64,000 nt of DNA from Eledone cirrhosa (lineage: Eukaryota): contig OZ024747.1 in the NCBI GenBank assembly GCA_964016885.1, positions 76,322,001-76,386,000 on the forward strand, given 5' to 3'. Numbering within the stretch: position 1 is the first letter of the stretch; every line of letters begins with the position of its first letter. Position numbers and translations under genes: made by a program. Positions 13,261 to 27,124 of this stretch are shown here, in pieces. Below the pieces are notes generated by a model. The model did not search any database and was not told the DNA's origin. It saw nothing but the letters and a program-made list of their open reading frames with translations.

Positions 13261-16200
13261 TCTGTAGGATGCATTGACAATATCTGTAGAATGTATTGAC
13301 AGTATCTGTAGAATGTATTGACAGTATCTGTAGGATGCATTGACAGTATATGTAGAATGTATTGACAGTATATGTAGAATGTATTGGTAGTATATGTAGA
13401 ATGTATTGACAGTATATGTAGAATGAATTGACAGTATCTGTAGAAAGTATTGACAGTATCTGTAGAATGTATTAACAGTATATGTAGAATGTATTGACAG
13501 TATCTGTAGAATGTATTGACAGTATCTGTGGAATGTATTGACAGTATCTGTGGAATGTATTGACAGTATATGTAGAATGTATTGGCAGTATATGTAGAAT
13601 GTATTGGCAGTTTATGTAGAATGTATTGACAGTATCTGTAGAATGTATTGACAGTATATGTAGAATGTATTGACAGTATATGTAGAATGTATTGGCAGTA
13701 TATGTAGAATGTATTGACAGTATCTGTAGAATGTATTGACAGTATATGTAGAATGTATTGACAGTATCTGTAGAATGTATTGGCAGTATCTGTAGAATGT
13801 ATTGACAGTATATGTAGAATGTATTGGCAGTATATGTAGAATGTATTGACAGTATCTGTAGAATGTATTGACAGTATATGTAGAATGTATTGACAGTATA
13901 TGTAGAATGTATTGACAGTATCTGTAGAATGTATTGGCAGTATATTTAGAGTGTATTGACAGTATATGTAGAATGTATTGACAGTATATGTAGAATGTAT
14001 TGACAGTATCTGTAGAATGTATTGGCTGTATATGTAGAAGGTATTGACAGTATCTGTAGAATGTATTGACAGTATCTGTAGAATGTATTGACAGTATCTG
14101 TAGGATGCATTGACAGTATCTGTAGAAAGTATTGACAGTATCTGTAGAATGTATTGACTGTATCTGTAGAATGTATTGACAGTGTATGTAGAATGTATTG
14201 ACAGTATCTGTAGAATGTATTGACAGTATATGTAGAATGTATTGACAGTATCTGTGGAATGTATTGACAGTATATGTAGAATGGATTGGTAGTATATGTA
14301 GAATGTATTGACAGTATCTGTAGAATATATTGACAGTATATTTAGAATGTATTGACAGTATCTGTAGGATGCATTGACAGTAGATGTAGAATGTATTGGT
14401 AGTATATGTAGAATGTATTGACAGTATCTGTAGAATGTATTGACAATATCTGTAGAATGTATTGACAGTATATGTAGAATGTATTGACAGTATATGTAGA
14501 ATGTATTGGCAGTATATGTAGAATGTATTGACAGTATCTGTAGAATGTGTTGACAGTATCTGTAGAACGTATTGACAGTATATGTAGAATGTATTGACAG
14601 TATCTGTAGAATGTATTGGCAGTATCTGTAGAATGTATTGACAGTATCTGTAGAATGTATTGACAGTATCTGTAGAATGCATTGACAGTATCTGTAGAAT
14701 GTGTTGACAGTATCTGTAGAATGTATTGACATTATCTGTAGAATGTATTGACAGTATCTGTAGAATGTATTGGCAGTATCTGTAGAATGTATTGACAGTA
14801 TCTGTAGAATGTATTGACAGTATCTGTAGAATGTATTGGCAGTATCTGTAGAATGTATTGACAGTATACGTAGAATGTATTGACAGTATCTGTAGAAAGT
14901 ATTGGCAGTATATGTAGAATGTATTGACAGTATCTGTAGAATGTATTGACAGTATCTGAAGAATGTATTGACAGTATCTGTAGAATGTATTGACAGTATA
15001 TGTAGAATGTATTGACAGTATCTGTAGAATGTATTGGCAGTATGTGTAGAATGTATTGACAGTATCTGTAGAATGTATTGACAGTATCTGTAGAATGTAT
15101 TGACAGTATCTGTGGAATGTATTGACAGTATATGTAGAATGTATTGGTAGTATATGTAGAATGTATTGACAGTATCTGTAGAATGTATTGACAGTATCTG
15201 TGGAATGTATTGACAGTATATGTAGAATGTATTGGTAGTATATGTAGAATGTATTGACAGTATCTGTAGAATGTATTGACAGTATCTGTAGGATGCATTG
15301 ACAGTATCTGTAGAATGTATTGACAGTATATGTAGAATGTATTGACAGTATCTGTAGAATGTATTGACTGTATCTGTAGAATGTATTGACAGTATATGTA
15401 GAATGTATTGACAGTATCTGTAGAATGTATTGACAGTATATGTAGAATGTATTGACAGTATATGTAGAATGTATTGACAGTATATGTAGAGAGTATTGGC
15501 AGTATATGTAGAATGTATTGACTGTATCTGTAGAATGTATTGACAGTATATGTAGAATGTATTGACAGTATCTGTAGAATGTATTGACAGTATATGTAGA
15601 ATGTATTGACAATATCTGTGGAATGTATTGACAGTATATGTAGAATGGATTGGTAGTATATGTAGAATGTATTGACAGTATCTGTAGAATATATTGACAG
15701 TATATTTAGAATGTATTGACAGTATATGTGGAATGTATTGACAGTATCTGTGGAATGTATTGACAGTATATGTAGAATGTATTGGCAGTATATGTAGAAT
15801 GTATTGGCAGTTTATGTAGAATGTATTGACAGTATCTGTAGAATGTATTGACAGTATCTGTAGAATGTATTGACAGTATCTGTAGAATGTATTGACAGTA
15901 TATGTAGAATGTATTGACAGTATATGTAGAATGTATTGGCAGTATATGTAGGATGTATTGACAGTATATGTAGAATATATTGACAGTATATGTAGAATGT
16001 ATTGACAGTATCTGTAGAATGTATTGACAGTATCTGTAGAATGTATTGACAGTATATGTAGAATGTATTGACAGTATATGTAGAATGTATTGGCAGTATA
16101 TGTAGAATGTATTGACAGTATCTGTAGAATATATTGACAGTATATTTAGAATGTATTGACAGTATCTGTAGGATGCATTGACAGTATCTGTAGATTGTAT

Positions 16201-19200
16201 TGACAGTATCTGTAGGATGCATTGACAATATCTGTAGAATGTATTGACAGTATCTGTAGAATGTATTGACAGTATCTGTAGGATGCATTGTCAGTATATG
16301 TAGAATGTATTGACAGTATATGTAGAATGTATTGGTAGTATATGGAGAATGTATTGACAGTATATGTAGAATGTATTGACAGTATCTGTAGAAAGTATTG
16401 ACAGTATCTGTAGAATGTATTGACAGTATATGTAGAATGTATTGACAGTATCTGTAGAATGTATTGACAGTATCTGTGGAATGTATTGACAGTATATGTA
16501 GAATGTATTGGTAGTATATGTAGAATGTATTGACAGTATATGTAGAATGTATTGTCAGTATCTGTAGAATGTATTGACAGTATCTGTAGAATGTATTGAC
16601 AGTATATGTAGAATGTATTGGCAGTATCTGTAGAATGTATTGACAGTATCTGTAGAATGTATTGCCAGTATATGTAGAATGTATTGACAGTATATTTAGA
16701 ATGTATTGACAGTATATGTAGAATGTATTGACAGTATATGTAGAATGTATTGGTAGTATATGTAGAATGTATTGACAGTATATGTAGAATGTATTGACAG
16801 TATCTGTAGAATGTATTGGCAGTATATGTAGAATGTATTGACAGTATATGTAGAATGTATTGACAGTAGCTGTAGAATGTATTGACAGTATCTGTAGAAT
16901 GTATTGGCAGTATCTCTAGAATGTATTGACAGTATCTGTAGAAAGTATTGACAGTATCTGTAGAATGTATTGACAGTATATGTAGAATGTATTGACAGTA
17001 TCTGTAGAATTTATTGGCAGTATATGTAGAATGTATTGACAGTATCTGTAGAATGTATTGACAGTATCTGTAGAATGTATTGACAGTATCTGTAGAATGT
17101 ATTGGCAGTATCTGTAGAATGTATTTACAGTATCTGTAGAATGTGTTGACAGTATCTGTAGAATGTATTGACAGTATATGTAGAATGTATTGACAGTATA
17201 TGTAGAATGTATTGACAGTCTCTGTAGAATGTATTGGCAGTATCTGTAGAATGTATTGACAGTTTCTGTAGAATGTATTGGCAGTATCTGTAGAATGTGT
17301 TGACAGTATCTGTAGAATGTGTTGACAGTATCTGTAGAATGTATTGACAGTATATGTAGAATGTATTGACAGTATCTGTAGAATGTGTTGACAGTATCTG
17401 TAGAATGTATTGACAGTATCTGTAGAATGTGTTGACAGTATCTGTAGAATGTATTGACAGTATCTGTAGAATGTGTTGACCGTATCTGTAGAATGTATTG
17501 ACAGTGTATGTAGAAGGTATTGACAGTATCTGTGGAATGTATTGAAAATATCTATAGAATGTATTGGCAGTATATGTAGAAGGTATTGACAGTATCTGTA
17601 GAATGTATTGACAGTATCTGTAGAATGTGTTGAGAGTATCTGTAGAATGTATTGACAGTATCTCTAGAATGTATTGACAGTATCTGTAGAATGTATTGAC
17701 AATATCTGTAGAATGTATTGACAGTATCTGTAGAATGTATTGACAGTATCTGAAGAATGTATTGACAGTATCTGTAGAATGTGTTGACAGTATCTGTAGA
17801 ATGTATTGACAATATCTGTAGAATGTATTGACACTATCTGTAGAATGTATTGAGAGTATCTGAAGAATGTATTGACAGTATATGTAGAAGGTATTGACAG
17901 TATCTGTGGAATGTATTGACAGTATATGTAGAATGTATTGGTAGTATATGTAGAATGTATTGACAGTATATGTAGAATATATTGACAGTATATGTATAAT
18001 GTATTGACAGTATCTGTAGAATGTATTGACAGTATATGTAGAATGTATTAACAGTATCTGTAGAATATATTGACAGTATATTTAGAATGTATTGACAGTA
18101 TCTGTAGGATGCATTGACAGTATCTGTAGAATGTATTGACAGTATCTGTAGGATGCATTGACAATATCTGTAGAATGTATTGACAGTATCTGTAGAATGT
18201 ATTGACAGTATCTGTAGGATGCATTGACAGTATATGTAGAATGTATTGACAGTATATGTAGAATGTATTGGTAGTATATGTAGAATGTATTGACAGTATA
18301 TGTAGAATGAATTGACAGTATCTGTAGAAAGTATTGACAGTATCTGTAGAATGTATTAACAGTATATGTAGAATGTATTGACAGTATCTGTAGAATGTAT
18401 TGACAGTATCTGTGGAATGTATTGACAGTATCTGTGGAATGTATTGACAGTATATGTAGAATGTATTGGCAGTATATGTAGAATGTATTGGCAGTTTATG
18501 TAGAATGTATTGACAGTATCTGTAGAATGTATTGACAGTATATGTAGAATGTATTGACAGTATATGTAGAATGTATTGGCAGTATATGTAGAATGTATTG
18601 ACAGTATCTGTAGAATGTATTGACAGTATATGTAGAATGTATTGACAGTATCTGTAGAATGTATTGGCAGTATCTGTAGAATGTATTGACAGTATATGTA
18701 GAATGTATTGGCAGTATATGTAGAATGTATTGACAGTATCTGTAGAATGTATTGACAGTATATGTAGAATGTATTGACAGTATATGTAGAATGTATTGAC
18801 AGTATCTGTAGAATGTATTGGCAGTATATTTAGAGTGTATTGACAGTATATGTAGAATGTATTGACAGTATATGTAGAATGTATTGACAGTATCTGTAGA
18901 ATGTATTGGCTGTATATGTAGAAGGTATTGACAGTATCTGTAGAATGTATTGACAGTATCTGTAGAATGTATTGACAGTATCTGTAGGATGCATTGACAG
19001 TATCTGTAGAAAGTATTGACAGTATCTGTAGAATGTATTGACTGTATCTGTAGAATGTATTGACAGTGTATGTAGAATGTATTGACAGTATCTGTAGAAT
19101 GTATTGACAGTATATGTAGAATGTATTGACAGTATCTGTGGAATGTATTGACAGTATATGTAGAATGGATTGGTAGTATATGTAGAATGTATTGACAGTA

Positions 19201-22200
19201 TCTGTAGAATATATTGACAGTATATTTAGAATGTATTGACAGTATCTGTAGGATGCATTGACAGTAGATGTAGAATGTATTGGTAGTATATGTAGAATGT
19301 ATTGACAGTATCTGTAGAATGTATTGACAATATCTGTAGAATGTATTGACAGTATATGTAGAATGTATTGACAGTATATGTAGAATGTATTGGCAGTATA
19401 TGTAGAATGTATTGACAGTATCTGTAGAATGTGTTGACAGTATCTGTAGAACGTATTGACAGTATATGTAGAATGTATTGACAGTATCTGTAGAATGTAT
19501 TGGCAGTATCTGTAGAATGTATTGACAGTATCTGTAGAATGTATTGACAGTATCTGTAGAATGCATTGACAGTATCTGTAGAATGTGTTGACAGTATCTG
19601 TAGAATGTATTGACATTATCTGTAGAATGTATTGACAGTATCTGTAGAATGTATTGACAGTATCTGAAGAATGTATTGACAGTATCTGTAGAATGTGTTG
19701 ACAGTATCTGTAGAATGTATTGACAATATCTGTAGAATGTATTGACACTATCTGTAGAATGTATTGAGAGTATCTGAAGAATGTATTGACAGTATATGTA
19801 GAAGGTATTGACAGTATCTGTGGAATGTATTGACAGTATATGTAGAATGTATTGGTAGTATATGTAGAATGTATTGACAGTATATGTAGAATATATTGAC
19901 AGTATATGTATAATGTATTGACAGTATCTGTAGAATGTATTGACAGTATATGTAGAATGTATTAACAGTATCTGTAGAATATATTGACAGTATATTTAGA
20001 ATGTATTGACAGTATCTGTAGGATGCATTGACAGTATCTGTAGAATGTATTGACAGTATCTGTAGGATGCATTGACAATATCTGTAGAATGTATTGACAG
20101 TATCTGTAGAATGTATTGACAGTATCTGTAGGATGCATTGACAGTATATGTAGAATGTATTGACAGTATATGTAGAATGTATTGGTAGTATATGTAGAAT
20201 GTATTGACAGTATATGTAGAATGAATTGACAGTATCTGTAGAAAGTATTGACAGTATCTGTAGAATGTATTAACAGTATATGTAGAATGTATTGACAGTA
20301 TCTGTAGAATGTATTGACAGTATCTGTGGAATGTATTGACAGTATCTGTGGAATGTATTGACAGTATATGTAGAATGTATTGGCAGTATATGTAGAATGT
20401 ATTGGCAGTTTATGTAGAATGTATTGACAGTATCTGTAGAATGTATTGACAGTATATGTAGAATGTATTGACAGTATATGTAGAATGTATTGGCAGTATA
20501 TGTAGAATGTATTGACAGTATCTGTAGAATGTATTGACAGTATATGTAGAATGTATTGACAGTATCTGTAGAATGTATTGGCAGTATCTGTAGAATGTAT
20601 TGACAGTATATGTAGAATGTATTGGCAGTATATGTAGAATGTATTGACAGTATCTGTAGAATGTATTGACAGTATATGTAGAATGTATTGACAGTATATG
20701 TAGAATGTATTGACAGTATCTGTAGAATGTATTGGCAGTATATTTAGAGTGTATTGACAGTATATGTAGAATGTATTGACAGTATATGTAGAATGTATTG
20801 ACAGTATCTGTAGAATGTATTGGCTGTATATGTAGAAGGTATTGACAGTATCTGTAGAATGTATTGACAGTATCTGTAGAATGTATTGACAGTATCTGTA
20901 GGATGCATTGACAGTATCTGTAGAAAGTATTGACAGTATCTGTAGAATGTATTGACTGTATCTGTAGAATGTATTGACAGTGTATGTAGAATGTATTGAC
21001 AGTATCTGTAGAATGTATTGACAGTATATGTAGAATGTATTGACAGTATCTGTGGAATGTATTGACAGTATATGTAGAATGGATTGGTAGTATATGTAGA
21101 ATGTATTGACAGTATCTGTAGAATATATTGACAGTATATTTAGAATGTATTGACAGTATCTGTAGGATGCATTGACAGTAGATGTAGAATGTATTGGTAG
21201 TATATGTAGAATGTATTGACAGTATCTGTAGAATGTATTGACAATATCTGTAGAATGTATTGACAGTATATGTAGAATGTATTGACAGTATATGTAGAAT
21301 GTATTGGCAGTATATGTAGAATGTATTGACAGTATCTGTAGAATGTGTTGACAGTATCTGTAGAACGTATTGACAGTATATGTAGAATGTATTGACAGTA
21401 TCTGTAGAATGTATTGGCAGTATCTGTAGAATGTATTGACAGTATCTGTAGAATGTATTGACAGTATCTGTAGAATGCATTGACAGTATCTGTAGAATGT
21501 GTTGACAGTATCTGTAGAATGTATTGACATTATCTGTAGAATGTATTGACAGTATCTGTAGAATGTATTGGCAGTATCTGTAGAATGTATTGACAGTATC
21601 TGTAGAATGTATTGACAGTATCTGTAGAATGTATTGGCAGTATCTGTAGAATGTATTGACAGTATACGTAGAATGTATTGACAGTATCTGTAGAAAGTAT
21701 TGGCAGTATATGTAGAATGTATTGACAGTATCTGTAGAATGTATTGACAGTATCTGAAGAATGTATTGACAGTATCTGTAGAATGTATTGACAGTATATG
21801 TAGAATGTATTGACAGTATCTGTAGAATGTATTGGCAGTATGTGTAGAATGTATTGACAGTATCTGTAGAATGTATTGACAGTATCTGTAGAATGTATTG
21901 ACAGTATCTGTGGAATGTATTGACAGTATATGTAGAATGTATTGGTAGTATATGTAGAATGTATTGACAGTATCTGTAGAATGTATTGACAGTATCTGTG
22001 GAATGTATTGACAGTATATGTAGAATGTATTGGTAGTATATGTAGAATGTATTGACAGTATCTGTAGAATGTATTGACAGTATCTGTAGGATGCATTGAC
22101 AGTATCTGTAGAATGTATTGACAGTATATGTAGAATGTATTGACAGTATCTGTAGAATGTATTGACTGTATCTGTAGAATGTATTGACAGTATATGTAGA

Positions 22201-25200
22201 ATGTATTGACAGTATCTGTAGAATGTATTGACAGTATATGTAGAATGTATTGACAGTATATGTAGAATGTATTGACAGTATATGTAGAGAGTATTGGCAG
22301 TATATGTAGAATGTATTGACTGTATCTGTAGAATGTATTGACAGTATATGTAGAATGTATTGACAGTATCTGTAGAATGTATTGACAGTATATGTAGAAT
22401 GTATTGACAATATCTGTGGAATGTATTGACAGTATATGTAGAATGGATTGGTAGTATATGTAGAATGTATTGACAGTATCTGTAGAATATATTGACAGTA
22501 TATTTAGAATGTATTGACAGTATATGTGGAATGTATTGACAGTATCTGTGGAATGTATTGACAGTATATGTAGAATGTATTGGCAGTATATGTAGAATGT
22601 ATTGGCAGTTTATGTAGAATGTATTGACAGTATCTGTAGAATGTATTGACAGTATCTGTAGAATGTATTGACAGTATCTGTAGAATGTATTGACAGTATA
22701 TGTAGAATGTATTGACAGTATATGTAGAATGTATTGGCAGTATATGTAGGATGTATTGACAGTATATGTAGAATATATTGACAGTATATGTAGAATGTAT
22801 TGACAGTATCTGTAGAATGTATTGACAGTATCTGTAGAATGTATTGACAGTATATGTAGAATGTATTGACAGTATATGTAGAATGTATTGGCAGTATATG
22901 TAGAATGTATTGACAGTATCTGTAGAATATATTGACAGTATATTTAGAATGTATTGACAGTATCTGTAGGATGCATTGACAGTATCTGTAGATTGTATTG
23001 ACAGTATCTGTAGGATGCATTGACAATATCTGTAGAATGTATTGACAGTATCTGTAGAATGTATTGACAGTATCTGTAGGATGCATTGTCAGTATATGTA
23101 GAATGTATTGACAGTATATGTAGAATGTATTGGTAGTATATGGAGAATGTATTGACAGTATATGTAGAATGTATTGACAGTATCTGTAGAAAGTATTGAC
23201 AGTATCTGTAGAATGTATTGACAGTATATGTAGAATGTATTGACAGTATCTGTAGAATGTATTGACAGTATCTGTGGAATGTATTGACAGTATATGTAGA
23301 ATGTATTGGTAGTATATGTAGAATGTATTGACAGTATATGTAGAATGTATTGTCAGTATCTGTAGAATGTATTGACAGTATCTGTAGAATGTATTGACAG
23401 TATATGTAGAATGTATTGGCAGTATCTGTAGAATGTATTGACAGTATCTGTAGAATGTATTGCCAGTATATGTAGAATGTATTGACAGTATATTTAGAAT
23501 GTATTGACAGTATATGTAGAATGTATTGACAGTATATGTAGAATGTATTGGTAGTATATGTAGAATGTATTGACAGTATATGTAGAATGTATTGACAGTA
23601 TCTGTAGAATGTATTGGCAGTATATGTAGAATGTATTGACAGTATATGTAGAATGTATTGACAGTAGCTGTAGAATGTATTGACAGTATCTGTAGAATGT
23701 ATTGGCAGTATCTCTAGAATGTATTGACAGTATCTGTAGAAAGTATTGACAGTATCTGTAGAATGTATTGACAGTATATGTAGAATGTATTGACAGTATC
23801 TGTAGAATTTATTGGCAGTATATGTAGAATGTATTGACAGTATCTGTAGAATGTATTGACAGTATCTGTAGAATGTATTGACAGTATCTGTAGAATGTAT
23901 TGGCAGTATCTGTAGAATGTATTTACAGTATCTGTAGAATGTGTTGACAGTATCTGTAGAATGTATTGACAGTATATGTAGAATGTATTGACAGTATATG
24001 TAGAATGTATTGACAGTATCTGTAGAATGTATTGGCAGTATCTGTAGAATGTATTGACAGTTTCTGTAGAATGTATTGGCAGTATCTGTAGAATGTGTTG
24101 ACAGTATCTGTAGAATGTGTTGACAGTATCTGTAGAATGTATTGACAGTATATGTAGAATGTATTGACAGTATCTGTAGAATGTGTTGACAGTATCTGTA
24201 GAATGTATTGACAGTATCTGTAGAATGTGTTGACAGTATCTGTAGAATGTATTGACAGTATCTGTAGAATGTGTTGACCGTATCTGTAGAATGTATTGAC
24301 AGTGTATGTAGAAGGTATTGACAGTATCTGTGGAATGTATTGAAAATATCTATAGAATGTATTGGCAGTATATGTAGAAGGTATTGACAGTATCTGTAGA
24401 ATGTATTGACAGTATCTGTAGAATGTGTTGAGAGTATCTGTAGAATGTATTGACAGTATCTGTAGAATGTATTGACAGTATCTGTAGAATGTATTGGCAG
24501 TATCTGTAGAATGTATTGACAGTATCTGTAGAATGTATTGACAGTATCTGTAGAATGTATTGGCAGTATCTGTAGAATGTATTGACAGTATCTGTAGAAT
24601 GTATTGACAATATCTATAGAATGTAATGGCAGTATATGTAGAAGGTATTGACAGTATCTGTGGAATGTATTGACAGTATATGTAGAATGTATTGACAGTA
24701 TCTCTAGAATGTATTGACAGTATCTGTAGAATGTATTGACAATATCTATAGAATGTATTGACAGTATCTGTAGAATGTATTGACAGTATCTGAAGAATGT
24801 ATTGACAGTATCTGTAGAATGTGTTGACAGTATCTGTAGAATGTATTGACAATATCTGTAGAATGTATTGACAGTATCTGTAGAATGTATTGAGAGTATC
24901 TGAAGAATGTATTGACAGTATATGTAGAAGGTATTGACAGTATCTGTGGAATGTATTGACAGTATATGTAGAATGTATTGGTAGTATATGTAGAATGTAT
25001 TGACAGTATATGTAGAATATATTGACAGTATATGTATAATGTATTGACAGTATCTGTAGAATGTATTGACAGTATATGTAGAATGTATTAACAGTATCTG
25101 TAGAATATATTGACAGTATATTTAGAATGTATTGACAGTATCTGTAGGATGCATTGACAGTATCTGTAGAATGTATTGACAGTATCTGTAGGATGCATTG

Positions 25201-27124
25201 ACAATATCTGTAGAATGTATTGACAGTATCTGTAGAATGTATTGACAGTATCTGTAGGATGCATTGACAGTATATGTAGAATGTATTGACAGTATATGTA
25301 GAATGTATTGGTAGTATATGTAGAATGTATTGACAGTATATGTAGAATGAATTGACAGTATCTGTAGAAAGTATTGACAGTATCTGTAGAATGTATTAAC
25401 AGTATATGTAGAATGTATTGACAGTATCTGTAGAATGTATTGACAGTATCTGTGGAATGTATTGACAGTATCTGTGGAATGTATTGACAGTATATGTAGA
25501 ATGTATTGGCAGTATATGTAGAATGTATTGGCAGTTTATGTAGAATGTATTGACAGTATCTGTAGAATGTATTGACAGTATATGTAGAATGTATTGACAG
25601 TATATGTAGAATGTATTGGCAGTATATGTAGAATGTATTGACAGTATCTGTAGAATGTATTGACAGTATATGTAGAATGTATTGACAGTATCTGTAGAAT
25701 GTATTGGCAGTATCTGTAGAATGTATTGACAGTATATGTAGAATGTATTGGCAGTATATGTAGAATGTATTGACAGTATCTGTAGAATGTATTGACAGTA
25801 TATGTAGAATGTATTGACAGTATATGTAGAATGTATTGACAGTATCTGTAGAATGTATTGGCAGTATATTTAGAGTGTATTGACAGTATATGTAGAATGT
25901 ATTGACAGTATATGTAGAATGTATTGACAGTATCTGTAGAATGTATTGGCTGTATATGTAGAAGGTATTGACAGTATCTGTAGAATGTATTGACAGTATC
26001 TGTAGAATGTATTGACAGTATCTGTAGGATGCATTGACAGTATCTGTAGAAAGTATTGACAGTATCTGTAGAATGTATTGACTGTATCTGTAGAATGTAT
26101 TGACAGTGTATGTAGAATGTATTGACAGTATCTGTAGAATGTATTGACAGTATATGTAGAATGTATTGACAGTATCTGTGGAATGTATTGACAGTATATG
26201 TAGAATGGATTGGTAGTATATGTAGAATGTATTGACAGTATCTGTAGAATATATTGACAGTATATTTAGAATGTATTGACAGTATCTGTAGGATGCATTG
26301 ACAGTAGATGTAGAATGTATTGGTAGTATATGTAGAATGTATTGACAGTATCTGTAGAATGTATTGACAATATCTGTAGAATGTATTGACAGTATATGTA
26401 GAATGTATTGACAGTATATGTAGAATGTATTGGCAGTATATGTAGAATGTATTGACAGTATCTGTAGAATGTGTTGACAGTATCTGTAGAACGTATTGAC
26501 AGTATATGTAGAATGTATTGACAGTATCTGTAGAATGTATTGGCAGTATCTGTAGAATGTATTGACAGTATCTGTAGAATGTATTGACAGTATCTGTAGA
26601 ATGCATTGACAGTATCTGTAGAATGTGTTGACAGTATCTGTAGAATGTATTGACATTATCTGTAGAATGTATTGACAGTATCTGTAGAATGTATTGGCAG
26701 TATCTGTAGAATGTATTGACAGTATCTGTAGAATGTATTGACAGTATCTGTAGAATGTATTGGCAGTATCTGTAGAATGTATTGACAGTATACGTAGAAT
26801 GTATTGACAGTATCTGTAGAAAGTATTGGCAGTATATGTAGAATGTATTGACAGTATCTGTAGAATGTATTGACAGTATCTGAAGAATGTATTGACAGTA
26901 TCTGTAGAATGTATTGACAGTATATGTAGAATGTATTGACAGTATCTGTAGAATGTATTGGCAGTATGTGTAGAATGTATTGACAGTATCTGTAGAATGT
27001 ATTGACAGTATCTGTAGAATGTATTGACAGTATCTGTGGAATGTATTGACAGTATATGTAGAATGTATTGGTAGTATATGTAGAATGTATTGACAGTATC
27101 TGTAGAATGTATTGACAGTATCTG
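10053..27124. repeat. Three tandem copies of a 5,126-bp (233-monomer) higher-order repeat: A ~10,053-15,178; B ~15,179-21,976 (rearranged, 6,798 bp); C ~21,977-27,102
   Basis: Markers TAGAGAGT at 10,361/15,487/22,285, GAAAATATC at 12,418/17,544/24,342 and TACGTAG at 14,867/21,665/26,791 give offsets of 5,126 and 6,798. Identical ORF translations start at 10686/15812/22610 and at 13164/19962/25088. Confidence 0.9.
17703..21530. repeat. Tandem duplication of 1,914 bp (87 monomers) inside HOR copy B
   Basis: ACACTATC at 17,831/19,745. ORF low coordinates 18048/19962 and 18496/20410 differ by 1,914. Confidence 0.9.
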
